From contig CAZQKW010000011.1 in assembly GCA_964594075.1 (NCBI GenBank), positions 1,480 through 65,479 on the forward strand: 64,000 nt of DNA. Direction: 5' to 3'. The position numbers and the translations under genes were made by a program. This document shows positions 10,429-20,604 of the stretch, piece by piece (the stretch's first letter is position 1; each line of letters begins with the position of its first letter). The stretch comes from an uncultured Thermodesulfobacteriota bacterium (GTDB lineage: Bacteria > Desulfobacterota > WTBG01 > CAIYCZ01). Below the pieces are notes generated by a model. The model ran no database searches. It had not been told where the DNA came from and worked only from the letters and a program-made list of their open reading frames with translations.

Positions 10429-11220
10429 ATGGATGAAATGCTTCCCATTGTGCTATCAGCAAGCCGCAGAACAGATCTCGTTGGCTGCTATCCTGAATAT
10501 TTCATTGAAAAGCTGAAAACATACCCTCCTGAAAAAGTCCACACCATTGTAATCTGGACAAAGAATCCCTATAACTTGATTTATCACCACGTCTTGCCAA
10601 GCGTTTTAAAGCAATATTCCCAGCTCTATATACATCTCACCATAACCGGTCTTGGCGGCACCATACTGGAACCGCATATAGCTCCCTGGGAGCAGGTCAT
10701 AGACTTCCTGCCAGAACTGATTAAACTGACCGGGGGGCCTGAGCGGATTGCATGGCGGTTTGATCCGATAGTAACTGCAGAAGATGGCACGCGCCAATTT
10801 GAAAATTTCCCGCTATTCTCCGTTATTGCCAAAAGCGTATCAGTGCACGGAATCACTGCGTGCAGAACAAGCTGGGCAACGCCCTATAAAAAAGTTTTTA
10901 AAAGAATGCAGCAGAAGGGGTTTATCTTAAAGACACTTACGCATGCAGAACAGATGGCACAAGCCCATCAAATGAGTGAAGTTGCACACAGCCTTGGTAT
11001 GGAACTTCATTACTGCTCTATGGAGGGCTTTCCCCGCTCGCGCTGCATAGACGGCGAGCTTTTAAACAGACTCCATCCGGAACGACTGAGCTGTTCAACC
11101 AGAAAGGCCGGAGGCCAGAGGCCCCAATGCGGCTGCACGGAAAGCATTGATATTGGCTGGTATAGCCTGAAGTGCGCGCACGGCTGCCTTTACTGTTATG
11201 CTGAACCGCAGCGCCGGTAA
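10429..11220 (+). CDS. DUF1848-family protein (putative Fe-S protein), function unknown
   Basis: N-terminal LSASRRTD motif and C-terminal Cys cluster (C..C....CAHGCLYCYA), as I recall for DUF1848. This call comes from memory only. Confidence 0.45.
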   Translation: MDEMLPIVLSASRRTDLVGCYPEYFIEKLKTYPPEKVHTIVIWTKNPYNLIYHHVLPSVLKQYSQLYIHLTITGLGGTILEPHIAPWEQVIDFLPELIKLTGGPERIAWRFDPIVTAEDGTRQFENFPLFSVIAKSVSVHGITACRTSWATPYKKVFKRMQQKGFILKTLTHAEQMAQAHQMSEVAHSLGMELHYCSMEGFPRSRCIDGELLNRLHPERLSCSTRKAGGQRPQCGCTESIDIGWYSLKCAHGCLYCYAEPQRR

Positions 11221-11491
11221 ACGCTGTCGTGAAATATTCAAAAAAATATTGCGTGCCAGCATGATATATGTTAGGTTTTCATTTGTTTAAATTTGAGAAT
11301 TGTACTCGCATATTTGTATCGTTTGGCTTGTGGTGAAAGCAGTTACGGGCGGTGCGAGCGATGGCTGTGGCGAAAACCACGCCCCGTTCCAGCGAGCACT
11401 GAGCCCGAACAAATGAATCATAAGTCAAATAAATTTCAAATATCTTTGTTTAGGTTTTTACCACAAAATTCTTTTTCTGAGTAATACCTGT

Positions 11492-11567
<76 letters not shown>

Positions 11568-11717
11568 AACTCAATTCTTTTCTTCCTGCATGTTGAAAAA
11601 ATATTGGAGCTTTGCAAGACCGTCTCCATGTAATTTGCCATACTGTCCCTGCCGCTGTTTTAATCTCTCTATACCTTACTGAGCATTGACAGGTCTTGAT
11701 ATACAACAGGGTGTCAT

Positions 11718-12083
11718 ATGGAACATCAACAGCAAAATAATTTGTCAAGTCTATCCGGACTAACCCTTGACGAAAGAGAGGCTGTTTTTGAGTTCGTCAA
11801 ACGCTTGAGAGCATTGTTTGGGCCGAGCATTCAAGAGATTATTTTGTTTGGTTCAAAAGCACGGGGGCAATCTGGGGGCAATTCCGATATAGATATTTTA
11901 ATTGTACTTGATAAAATATCTATTCAAATAAAGAAGGCTATCTCAGAGCTGGCAGCGGAGCAAAACATAAAACATAATGTTCTTATTTCGACCATACGCT
12001 ATGATACCGCCACATGGGGAAATCCCGCCATTCAGGCATCACCTTTCGGACAGGCAGTAAAACATGAGGGGATATGGTTATAA
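11718..12083 (+). CDS. nucleotidyltransferase-domain antitoxin (MNT type) of an MNT/HEPN toxin-antitoxin pair
   Basis: LFGSKARGQSGGNSDIDILIV (GS..RG...DxD polymerase-beta-like NTase motif). Overlaps the next ORF by 10 nt. Confidence 0.75.
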   Translation: MEHQQQNNLSSLSGLTLDEREAVFEFVKRLRALFGPSIQEIILFGSKARGQSGGNSDIDILIVLDKISIQIKKAISELAAEQNIKHNVLISTIRYDTATWGNPAIQASPFGQAVKHEGIWL

Positions 12084-12490
12084 CGAAAGAACAACAGGCG
12101 CTGGCGCTGCACCGCTTCCGGAGGGCAGAGGAAGCTTTGAGGGAGGCACAGGAAGAGCTTTTACGTAAGAATTTAAGACTGACCGTAAACAGAGCATACT
12201 ATGCAATTTTTTATGCTATGCGGTCACTCCTTGCCCTGGTTGCTAAAGATTCGTCAAAACATTCCGGCGTCATTTCTCTTTTCAATCAGGAGTTTATCAA
12301 AACAGGTATTATTTCAGAGGTGAGCTTTAAATCAATCCAACTTCTTATGGATTTGAGGCATGAAGCAGATTATCAAGACTTTTCTGAAATTAATGAAGAT
12401 GAGGCACAAGAGGCAGTTCGGTCAGCAAAAACAATAATTACCACTTTTGATGAAGCATTAAAAAAACTTCTTGAAAGCGGTCAAATATAA
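12074..12490 (+). CDS. HEPN-domain toxin partner
   Basis: 138 aa, alpha-helical, with R-x4-H (RHEADYQ) HEPN motif. Classic MNT-HEPN gene order with overlap. Confidence 0.7.
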   Translation: MVITKEQQALALHRFRRAEEALREAQEELLRKNLRLTVNRAYYAIFYAMRSLLALVAKDSSKHSGVISLFNQEFIKTGIISEVSFKSIQLLMDLRHEADYQDFSEINEDEAQEAVRSAKTIITTFDEALKKLLESGQI

Positions 12491-12503
12491 AAAATATAAC
12501 CCA

Positions 12504-12542
12504 TCAGTAGGTTTGGGGTTCGAGCCCCCGATGGCCCACCAG
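12504..12542 (+). repeat. 39-nt perfect direct repeat of the 3' end of tRNA-Lys (identical to 11529..11567); putative attR-like scar
   Basis: atcagtaggtttggggttcgagcccccgatggcccacca occurs at 11529-11567 and again at 12504-12542. Confidence 0.85.
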
Positions 12543-12589
12543 TAAAATCAAGCGTTACCTGCTTTTGCACACCAATATAAAACTCGAGC

Positions 12590-13198
12590 TCATATCAAAA
12601 CTTTCCCGCAAAAACGACAGAGTTTTGCTTTTGCTTTAATAATCTCCGCACAGTAGGGGCATTCTTTTGTCTCGGCTGGATTGTTACGGCTTCTGTTTAT
12701 GGCCTGCGCCAGTTGTTCTGCCTGCTTTTTCATGAGCGCCTGGCGAAAATCTTCCTGACATTTCGTTATGGTGTCGGCGAGCAGCCGTGGATTACTTACC
12801 GAACAATACGTGGTTGCCCCTCCTTCTGCCGCTGTTTGAATCTGCACATCGCCATACCCCAATAGTCTCCCCCAAAAGCTCTGGGTAAAGGACACATTAT
12901 GGACCTTGTCTATGGGGCTTTCCTTGGCGCAGTGTGAAAGGACGCCAAACTCATCAATGATTCTCAGATTGGTAACCACCCAGATATCGTATTTACGTTC
13001 CAATACCTTCCACAACAAATACAACAGGGGAACGCACAATACGGCCAGGCAGAACATGCCGATAGTTTTATTAAACCACATTGCCATGCTCGCAATGATA
13101 ATGAACAGCAGCACAATCAGGGATGGCTTAACCAGAACAATCCAATGTTTTTGACTTTGCAGAATTAGTTTTTCTGATGGTTTCAGGTTTGCCCGCAT
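12590..13198 (-). CDS. membrane protein with bacterial PH domain (bPH_2/YdbT-like) and C-terminal zinc ribbon
   Basis: Two N-terminal TM helices, then LRIIDEFGVL...FWGRLLGYGDVQIQTA typical of bPH_2. CPYC...CRFC at the C-terminus. Confidence 0.55.
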   Translation of the reverse strand: MRANLKPSEKLILQSQKHWIVLVKPSLIVLLFIIIASMAMWFNKTIGMFCLAVLCVPLLYLLWKVLERKYDIWVVTNLRIIDEFGVLSHCAKESPIDKVHNVSFTQSFWGRLLGYGDVQIQTAAEGGATTYCSVSNPRLLADTITKCQEDFRQALMKKQAEQLAQAINRSRNNPAETKECPYCAEIIKAKAKLCRFCGKVLI

Positions 13199-13464
13199 TT
13201 TAATAGCTCATCTTCCGGTTAACAAAATTTTAAAAGCGGCATGCCCGGATTAGACGCACGCACGGCTTATGCATAAGCCTGGCAAAAATGAATATGACTA
13301 TTTTTTTAAACTATCATATCCTGCTCTATGTTTCAGCAGAATAAATGTTACAGCAGGGGATTGTTACAGACGCGAGAAAAGCGGCCCGGGAACGTCACAC
13401 GCAGGGGGGCTGCCGCCTATTACAGGCTGGTCGCTGGGTGCGCTTTTTTTGTTGCAGCGTATTA

Positions 13465-13659
13465 TCAATGCAGCACAGGAAGAAAATTTTTAAATAGGGT
13501 GCTATACGTATAAAGCACATTAGCCAGTGGCACCAGAATTAAAACAACGGTTAGTATCAACAGCAGCACCCGTTCACTTTTAGGAAAGCCATTGACGCTC
13601 CAATAGTAAAAGAGAAGCGCCACGATAGATACGTTAACCGCAAAGGCCAGAATCGGCAT
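13465..13659 (-). CDS. possible small two-TM membrane protein downstream of pilY1-1
   Basis: 64-aa hydrophobic ORF co-oriented with the pilin operon and 66 nt after the pilY1 stop. A GGAGGG lies 14 nt upstream of the ATG. This is weak support. Confidence 0.25.
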   Translation of the reverse strand: MPILAFAVNVSIVALLFYYWSVNGFPKSERVLLLILTVVLILVPLANVLYTYSTLFKNFLPVLH

Positions 13660-13725
13660 GGTGCAGATTTTTTCCCTCCGGATTTTTCACCACGACATTG
13701 AAAAATTTTTTTGCCTGTTCAGCAA

Positions 13726-16700
13726 TTACTGCCCCTCGCTCCAGTAAATCGTCCCGCTCTTAGGATTGATCGCCGGCTGCACTTCTATTTCAACAATGAC
13801 ACCGGTGCTCTGCTGGCCGTAAATGCTGCCGCCCTCCTCATTGCCGGCATGAATGCCAATGGTTGATGACATGCCTTCTCCCAAAGATATGGAATCAAGA
13901 ATTACCGTTGCATTGTCTGCAGGTGTCCCGACCACCCGTTTTTTATAAGCGGTGCCGGTTTCATAATACACCGCATACAATCTGCTGGTTCCGCCGTAGC
14001 CACAGACATCAGCATTTGGCGTAAAGGCGGGGAACAGGGTTATGCCGCCAAACAATGCCGGTTTATTAATAATCCGCTCTGAGGGGCTGCCGGACACCAG
14101 GCTTCTCCGCCATCCGGGTTTTTCTTTGAGCGCCAGTTTCAGTTCATTGAACGTGGTTATAGAGGAATCACCGCCTGCTAATACTGTGACCGTGCCATCA
14201 GGCTTTATTTGATACGGATCCGCATTAAACAGATCTGCATGGCTCATCGGGCACGCAACATATTGATGATAGCAGGTGTTTTTATTGGGCCCATAGGCAT
14301 CATAAAACGGATCCTTGACGCCGTAATAATAATTCTGCTGCGATGTTGATTTATCCGCCTGAGATAAGTAACGGCCGGTTCCCATAAATACCCAGACATT
14401 ATCATACTTATCCATGCTTAAGCTGAAGGGTGCGGTGAATGGTGCAGGAGCACTGAACAGCGTGGTCCACTGCCAGTTGTTCGGGTTTGTTTCATAAACC
14501 GCCTCGGTTCCTTCTATGTAGGGAACATTCGTTATAGGAATGGCGATTTTATAAGCTTTTCCCTGCCAGGAACCGCTCAGATAGCTCTCCCCCACATAAA
14601 TGGCGTCGGCGCTGTAGTTCAGCGATTTATCAACCGCAACGGGAGAGTTCATAAATGCATTATTTTCGCTGCCTTCAAAATATTTCAGCAACTCGCCGGT
14701 CAGCAAGTTGATGATGAAGACGCGCCCTCTTTGTGTGCTCGTGCCATCATAATCGGTCGGCCCAGAACCAATGGTGCCGAACCATTGGTCATGCACTTTT
14801 ATCACCCCTGGAGTATTTATCGTCAGGCCGAGATTAGGATAGTTTCTTTCCCAGAGCAGGACCGGATCACGGGGATCCGTTATATCAAGCGCCGCAAAAC
14901 TGGACTTGAAGGTACCAACACCGGGCACAGTTATGTCTTTACCCCCCATATTCATGCCGCACAGCAACAGCGTTCCCCACCCGTTAGGGTGTTTGCCATC
15001 ATCGGTAAAAATTTTCACATCAACAACCTTTGGTTTCAGGTCAACATAGGGAACATGGGTGTAGGACTCGGAGGGAAGCCACTTCAAATGGGGCAGCAGA
15101 CACTGCGGAATGTATGCCCACAGCTCATCGCCGATCTGCTCTGATGAACCGCTCACCTGCTCAAATTTTTTCTGCTCCGGGTTATAATATCCTGAAGTAA
15201 AAGCATGGAGCATACCGTCATTGGCGCCCACATAGACCATGGTTTCGCGATTTTTATAGGTTTCGTAAAATGTCTGATACGACTCATCGTCATAGAGCAA
15301 ACCATAATTTTCCACTGGCCGGGCAATTGAAACCGGCGTTGAATAGACAATATCGCCCAGTTTCCAGACTTTATCGTTTATGGTGCGCGACCTCATGACA
15401 GGATTTCCCGTGTAGGCTGAAGAGTCTTCTGAAACACCCCTGATGTAATTAATAAGATTGTTGACCCTGTCATCATACGTTGCCCCCAAATAACTCCAAG
15501 GGCTATCGCAGGCAACACCCAAAAGCGGTTTTATGGTATTGGCATTAGACGTCGTAAATTCTATAAATTCACCGGGTTCAACCTGACCATTACTGTTTAC
15601 ATCCACGAAAGTATAAATATTGCGCGTATCCGCATCCCGATAGGCAAGACGTTTGCCCGCCTCCCAGATGGGGTTTATTTCCTCAAGGCTCAGATATTCC
15701 GGCGTTGCGTTTGAGATATCGGGGTAGGGGTTTGAGCTGACATCATAGCGTTTAACTTTAGATTCCCCTGACTCTGAGTCAAGATAAAATGAAAGGATTT
15801 TGTCGGTATTAACATTGAGCGATTTATCATTATCAGTGTCTTCGCGCAGATTGCCGTAAGTATCCACCCACAATGACTGTAAATACCCGGTCCACTTTAT
15901 TTCGTTGATGCCGTCAATATATGCGGGCCTGAAATATGCCTGCACCAGTGTTCCCTCGCCTTCCCCAGTCGTCGCCAGGACTGATACCGCGGTTCCTGAG
16001 GCAGCCCGTCTCAATATATCGTTTATAGCTAACATGAGCTGCCGCTCAAGCTGATATCCGTCGGTGGCCGCATAATAGGTATCAGGGTCTCCATCGCCGT
16101 TGGCATCCCACTCGAGGCGCTGCTCCGGCGGGTCGGTATATGTCCCATCCGGCTTATTATTGCCGTTTCGATCAGTAAACCCGCCATTGCGCGCTGCGTC
16201 TTTAAGCAGTTGTTTCCCCTGCTCATCGCCGCCGAATGCGTGAACAACATACAGAATCATGTTCTGGCTGCCGGATAGATCTGAACGCAAGTCATTGGTG
16301 CGGGCATAAAGCGCAAGATCCTTCAGATAGTCTGACCCGCAGTTTGGAAAGCTGTAGCCATAGGTTTCGCACGCGGTAGCAGTCGCTTCACCATCTTTCA
16401 CAATATCCACTTCGTCATTAGCAAAAGAGGTTTCAGCACTTTCACCAGAATAATTTTTATACTGATTGGGAATTTTTCTGTCCACAGACGGCGAACCGTC
16501 ATTCAGCAGGATGACAAAGCTTTTCGAGCACTCAATATTACCCCAGGGATCGCCGCCGCTGTTAGGCAGCGCGTTATTGGGATAGTCAAGCCCGCTCGCC
16601 AGTGGCTCCTGTTTGAAATATTGCATTGCCACATAATATGCTTCTGCAAGCGGTGTCAACGTATTACTGTGGGTATTCTGCAAGTCGGTTATCAGCGACG

Positions 16701-18579
16701 TCATATTGGTACCAATTGGGCTGACAACTCTTCCGCCGCTCTCATTGGAACCGGTACCGTAATTAAAAAATAAATTACCCCAACGCGCTTTATCGCCAAC
16801 CCGCTGCAAAACACCGGCAAGATTATGGTCCGGGCCGAAATCCTGCGGTTCATAGGCCTCTTCCTTTTGAACTCTTATATTGTAGCGTTCAGCATATCCG
16901 CTATAGGGGTTTGCATCCGCGGAATCTTCGCCGACATACAGATAGCCGGCTTTGATGCCATAGCAGCGCAACCCGTTATAGGGTGAAACACTGGTCACCC
17001 CGCTAAAATTATTGGCAAACCATTTTTGATAATAACAATCACTGTCATCCGGCGCTTCGCCGATGTTAGTCTGGTTTCCCGTCCCCTGACGGCTGGTGGC
17101 AAGACCGCCCATGAGAACTTTTCGCAGCACATCTATCCTCCTCATGCACAGCCAGTTAAGCCAGTTCCCGGACCATTCTCCTGAAGTACTGCGGACAAAT
17201 GTATTAGAGCTATAGGTGTAGCGCGCAGAAGGGTCAAAATATCCATAATACTGCAGGGGAGTCGGCGGGATAAATGAATATGTTATGATGAGCATAGGCG
17301 GATTTATCTGGTCGCCATCGTATGATAGCGCCTGCCGGACACCACTGCCGGAAAATTTAAACACCAGAGCATTGTTCGCAGTCCAGCCGCTTCTGTTTAC
17401 CAACTCCTGAACTATGGGGGCAAGTTCAGGCGTCTCATAGAATGCGCCGCTGCTCCAGCTCGGGATGGTATTCCAGTTCACCGATGCCGTGGTATTGGGT
17501 CTGCTTGAAATGCTATATGCGGAGGAGGTAAATACCGACGCATTGTCGGTATTTTCTCCATATATAACCAGGGATGCAGCAGAGGTTTTCCGCGCTGCAC
17601 TCTTAAACCGTATCACTGCTGAAGAAATTGTTGCACCTGGGGGAATGTCAACATTCTGGAACCGCAACCCTACCACCTGATTGACGCTGCCGTTCTGTAT
17701 AAGATCCAGCACGTTGCCGGTTAGATCAACGGCGCCGTCAGTTGTTGACTCTTCAGCGTCATCAGCGGACTGCCGGATCTTAACCTGAATGGTTTTGCTG
17801 CTTGGTCCCCCTTCATACGGGTCAGTAATATCCTGCCCGGCGCCGTTCCAAGTTCCGTAGGCGGCAAAATTCGTGCTTTTCGAATTATCAAGCATGATCA
17901 AAATATTTGGCTGTACAGAGGCATTTACCTGAAAAATAGGATAATCAGTATAGGTTGCCATGCTGGGTTCACTGCCTGAACATGTGACACTGGTCGTGGT
18001 GCTTGCCGCTGAGGTGGTAGTCGTGCTTACCGAGGTTGTAGTCGTCGGCGGTGTGGTGGTGGTTGAACTTACCGAGGTTGTAGTCGTTGGCTGCGTGGTG
18101 GTGGTTGAACTTACCGAGGTCGTAGTTGTCGGCGGTGTGGTGGTGGTTGTAATTGGCAATGCCGTTGTCGTGCTGGTAGTTGGCACAGATGTTGTCGCAG
18201 GTGGATTGACAGTTATGGTCCGGGTATAGGATTGCGAGGCATTACAACTTGGGGTGCATGCTCTATAAGTTACCGTATATATACCCGCCTGACCGGGTGC
18301 CGGCGTCCAGGTGAATGTTGCGGTGTAGGTGCTACCAGATTTCGTCACCGGACCAATACTTGCCCCGATTATGAGCGGGGAATATGAAAAGGTCACACTT
18401 TTATTACTGGTTGCTGTTAGGACAAAAGAGAGCAGTTCTCCTTCGTTGACAGTCTTGTTTCCGGGATCAGTAAAATTAAGTGTGTCAGCAAATGCGGCGG
18501 ACGACAGCATGAATAGAGATATGATTGTTATTATAACCCGCACCCTGTTTTTTTTCATATAAGTATTTTTTGATTTCAT
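13726..18579 (-). CDS. pilY1: type IV pilus tip adhesin PilY1/PilC family, giant (1617 aa): signal peptide, Ig-like domain, Thr-rich stalk, vWA domain with intact MIDAS (LDNSKS), C-terminal PilY1 beta-propeller
   Basis: C-terminal region carries the PilY1 hallmark VYVGANDGMLHAF and LWAYIPQ..LPHLKWL blocks. Integrin-like Ca motifs DANGDGDPD and DTDNDKS. Last gene of the fimT-pilW-pilV-pilX-pilY1 operon. Confidence 0.8.
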   Translation of the reverse strand: MKSKNTYMKKNRVRVIITIISLFMLSSAAFADTLNFTDPGNKTVNEGELLSFVLTATSNKSVTFSYSPLIIGASIGPVTKSGSTYTATFTWTPAPGQAGIYTVTYRACTPSCNASQSYTRTITVNPPATTSVPTTSTTTALPITTTTTPPTTTTSVSSTTTTQPTTTTSVSSTTTTPPTTTTSVSTTTTSAASTTTSVTCSGSEPSMATYTDYPIFQVNASVQPNILIMLDNSKSTNFAAYGTWNGAGQDITDPYEGGPSSKTIQVKIRQSADDAEESTTDGAVDLTGNVLDLIQNGSVNQVVGLRFQNVDIPPGATISSAVIRFKSAARKTSAASLVIYGENTDNASVFTSSAYSISSRPNTTASVNWNTIPSWSSGAFYETPELAPIVQELVNRSGWTANNALVFKFSGSGVRQALSYDGDQINPPMLIITYSFIPPTPLQYYGYFDPSARYTYSSNTFVRSTSGEWSGNWLNWLCMRRIDVLRKVLMGGLATSRQGTGNQTNIGEAPDDSDCYYQKWFANNFSGVTSVSPYNGLRCYGIKAGYLYVGEDSADANPYSGYAERYNIRVQKEEAYEPQDFGPDHNLAGVLQRVGDKARWGNLFFNYGTGSNESGGRVVSPIGTNMTSLITDLQNTHSNTLTPLAEAYYVAMQYFKQEPLASGLDYPNNALPNSGGDPWGNIECSKSFVILLNDGSPSVDRKIPNQYKNYSGESAETSFANDEVDIVKDGEATATACETYGYSFPNCGSDYLKDLALYARTNDLRSDLSGSQNMILYVVHAFGGDEQGKQLLKDAARNGGFTDRNGNNKPDGTYTDPPEQRLEWDANGDGDPDTYYAATDGYQLERQLMLAINDILRRAASGTAVSVLATTGEGEGTLVQAYFRPAYIDGINEIKWTGYLQSLWVDTYGNLREDTDNDKSLNVNTDKILSFYLDSESGESKVKRYDVSSNPYPDISNATPEYLSLEEINPIWEAGKRLAYRDADTRNIYTFVDVNSNGQVEPGEFIEFTTSNANTIKPLLGVACDSPWSYLGATYDDRVNNLINYIRGVSEDSSAYTGNPVMRSRTINDKVWKLGDIVYSTPVSIARPVENYGLLYDDESYQTFYETYKNRETMVYVGANDGMLHAFTSGYYNPEQKKFEQVSGSSEQIGDELWAYIPQCLLPHLKWLPSESYTHVPYVDLKPKVVDVKIFTDDGKHPNGWGTLLLCGMNMGGKDITVPGVGTFKSSFAALDITDPRDPVLLWERNYPNLGLTINTPGVIKVHDQWFGTIGSGPTDYDGTSTQRGRVFIINLLTGELLKYFEGSENNAFMNSPVAVDKSLNYSADAIYVGESYLSGSWQGKAYKIAIPITNVPYIEGTEAVYETNPNNWQWTTLFSAPAPFTAPFSLSMDKYDNVWVFMGTGRYLSQADKSTSQQNYYYGVKDPFYDAYGPNKNTCYHQYVACPMSHADLFNADPYQIKPDGTVTVLAGGDSSITTFNELKLALKEKPGWRRSLVSGSPSERIINKPALFGGITLFPAFTPNADVCGYGGTSRLYAVYYETGTAYKKRVVGTPADNATVILDSISLGEGMSSTIGIHAGNEEGGSIYGQQSTGVIVEIEVQPAINPKSGTIYWSEGQ
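17986..18204 (-). repeat. in-frame tandem repeats (about 48 nt, 3+ copies) encoding the Thr-rich stalk PTTTTSVSSTTTT(Q/P) of PilY1-1
   Basis: Near-identical units ...gaggtXgtagtcgtYggc(g/t)gtgtggtggtggttgaacttacc... are visible on the plus strand at about 18030-18170. Confidence 0.75.
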
Positions 18580-18606
18580 GGCTTTTCACCTGTTTCATCT
18601 GTTAAT

Positions 18607-19278
18607 TTATTGCCAGGGAACATAACCATACCCTACGAAAACCTCGGCGCGAGGGGCAGCCGGGTTAATCGAGCCATCAGCCAGACGCAGATTTCTCGCA
18701 AATTTATTATGCGCTGCGTCCCAGGACGAAATTGTTCCCAACATGTCAATATTGTAAATAATGCGGTGCGTGCTTACCCCCACCCCCTCGGCGCCTGCCG
18801 CAAATTCAACCGCACCGCCGGTAACGTAACGGACATCTACCTTATCGACATCAATATCAAGGTTAAATTTATTCTTAATGCGGATCGATATATCCGGCGA
18901 ATCCTCAACGGTATCAACTGCCTGATTGTGCTTTTCCCATCTCCCGGAGTACAGGGGCGAATCATCCCGCCCTTCTAATAAAAAAGACCCGTCTAACATC
19001 TCTACATATTCATCGCTTCCCAGATAAACAAATTTTTCATTGTCAGACCATGAACCATACGCATTTTTCTCATACAATGCCGCTATTGGCGCGGCATATC
19101 CTGACTCTACCTGATAAAAGGTTTCTTTATGGACTTTTTCGTTACCGGCAATATCTATTTCGGTAATACTGGTATTCATTGCCGCAATACCGATAATGCA
19201 GCAAATGGTCAGCATAAACAGCGCAAGTATCAGTACAAATCCCTGCTCATTATGCGGTGTTGATAGTGACTGCTTCAT
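18607..19278 (-). CDS. pilX: type IV pilus minor pilin PilX
   Basis: Leader MKQSLSTPHNEQG|FVLILALFML. PilX_N-type motif AMNTSITEIDIAGNEKVHKETFYQVESGY. Confidence 0.7.
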   Translation of the reverse strand: MKQSLSTPHNEQGFVLILALFMLTICCIIGIAAMNTSITEIDIAGNEKVHKETFYQVESGYAAPIAALYEKNAYGSWSDNEKFVYLGSDEYVEMLDGSFLLEGRDDSPLYSGRWEKHNQAVDTVEDSPDISIRIKNKFNLDIDVDKVDVRYVTGGAVEFAAGAEGVGVSTHRIIYNIDMLGTISSWDAAHNKFARNLRLADGSINPAAPRAEVFVGYGYVPWQ

Positions 19279-19332
19279 ACGTTTACTCCTTCTGACATAT
19301 GCTGTGTATAATTTAATGAGGAACGTTGCTTG

Positions 19333-19836
19333 TCACCCATGCCGTGACAGGGTAAAGCGCAGCACCACCGGCTTTGTTATCATGGGGCTACTTGAGCTGG
19401 CTGCGTCAATTTTTTTAATTGCGACTGAGGTGTCAATTTCTACCGTAGTGGTGTTTTCAATGGGATAATTTGCGGTGATGCGCCAGGTCATGGCACTCCC
19501 CCCTGCATCAACATTCGGTAACTGTTCTTCAGTAAACGCTCCCAAACCCCACGTTTGAAAATTCTCAATCGCTGTGGCGCTGTCGCATGGCACGGTGCGC
19601 GCTGTCGCAGCAGTGTCTGCAGGGTTCACATCAAGCGCTGCAATGCGATCATACGGCTGCTTCATGATCCACTCCATCCAGGCCTCCCCCACCGCACACC
19701 CTTCGGTAACTCTGCCGGCAAACACATTTGCCTGAATCGCTTTGGTCTGCATGGCTGCGACTCCCAGCAGCCCCACTACCAGCACGACAATGGCGATCAT
19801 TACTTCAACAATGCTAAATCCTTCCTGTTTCCACAT
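19333..19836 (-). CDS. pilV: type IV pilus minor pilin PilV
   Basis: Prepilin leader MWKQEG|FSIVEVMIAIVVLVVGLLGVAAMQ with E at +5. Starting at the internal ATG 19836 avoids overlap with pilW. Confidence 0.7.
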   Translation of the reverse strand: MWKQEGFSIVEVMIAIVVLVVGLLGVAAMQTKAIQANVFAGRVTEGCAVGEAWMEWIMKQPYDRIAALDVNPADTAATARTVPCDSATAIENFQTWGLGAFTEEQLPNVDAGGSAMTWRITANYPIENTTTVEIDTSVAIKKIDAASSSSPMITKPVVLRFTLSRHG

Positions 19837-19850
19837 AGGACATGATCCTC

Positions 19851-20555
19851 TTATTGCAGCCCCAGATTTCTGCATTTGATCTCGGTTATTAATAACTTCC
19901 GCTGATGCGAATCATTAAACGGCCCCCACGCGGCGGCCTCGGTATCATGGTCGGGATTGGATGCCGGGAAATAGCGTGTCGTATCACGATAACCGCGAAT
20001 TGTTTCTCTGGTTCTTGCCAGCAGAGAAAGTTCTATGGATCGTATATCTGCCGGGTTGATCGGATTGGCGGCAACTGTTCCGTCAGCAAGGTGATACAGA
20101 AGTTCCATGGCATCAACGTTGTCAGCTACTGGCTCAAGTGTTCCGTTTAAGCCAATCTGGCGGCCCAGATGGCAGGGAGCGCCATCGGCAATGCCGTCAC
20201 CATTTACATCATTGGTCAGAGCGTAGCGGACATATTCCTCGTCTTGAATAATCCCATCACCATTGATATCGCGAGCGAACCTGAATTCTGCTCTCCGGGC
20301 ACGGTTATTAGTGTTGTTTGCAGCATCAGCCTTCTCGCTGGGGTCATAGCCGGCCATTCTGATGTCACGATTCAAAAAAAAGAGCGCGGTGCGCAGATTC
20401 TGCTGCATATCTGAAACCTGCTCCTGGGTATGATAGGAATTCTGCTGCGCTTGATAAGAAGCATACAATGCTGCTGAAGCTATGCCAAAAATAGCCATTG
20501 CGATCATAAGCTCTACCAGGGTGAATCCCCAGTTTAGTTTTAGAGGCTTTTTCAT
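19851..20555 (-). CDS. pilW: type IV pilus minor pilin PilW
   Basis: MKKPLKLNWG|FTLVELMIAMAIFGIASAALYASYQAQQ. Size and position in the operon fit PilW. Confidence 0.7.
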   Translation of the reverse strand: MKKPLKLNWGFTLVELMIAMAIFGIASAALYASYQAQQNSYHTQEQVSDMQQNLRTALFFLNRDIRMAGYDPSEKADAANNTNNRARRAEFRFARDINGDGIIQDEEYVRYALTNDVNGDGIADGAPCHLGRQIGLNGTLEPVADNVDAMELLYHLADGTVAANPINPADIRSIELSLLARTRETIRGYRDTTRYFPASNPDHDTEAAAWGPFNDSHQRKLLITEIKCRNLGLQ

Positions 20556-20604
20556 CTGCAGTACCCCGTGGCTTTTTTTGCAATGTAAAAGATCTTCTTA
20601 TTCA

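Noticed and set aside
12504-12542. A second tRNA gene
   Set aside because: Only the 3' 39 nt of tRNA-Lys are present. There are no D-arm or anticodon-arm sequences upstream. It is a repeat, not a tRNA.
17960-18229. 89-aa ORF 'VVVVLTEVVVVGG...' on the plus strand
   Set aside because: It is the antisense reading of the Thr-rich tandem repeat of pilY1-1. It is low-complexity and not a gene.
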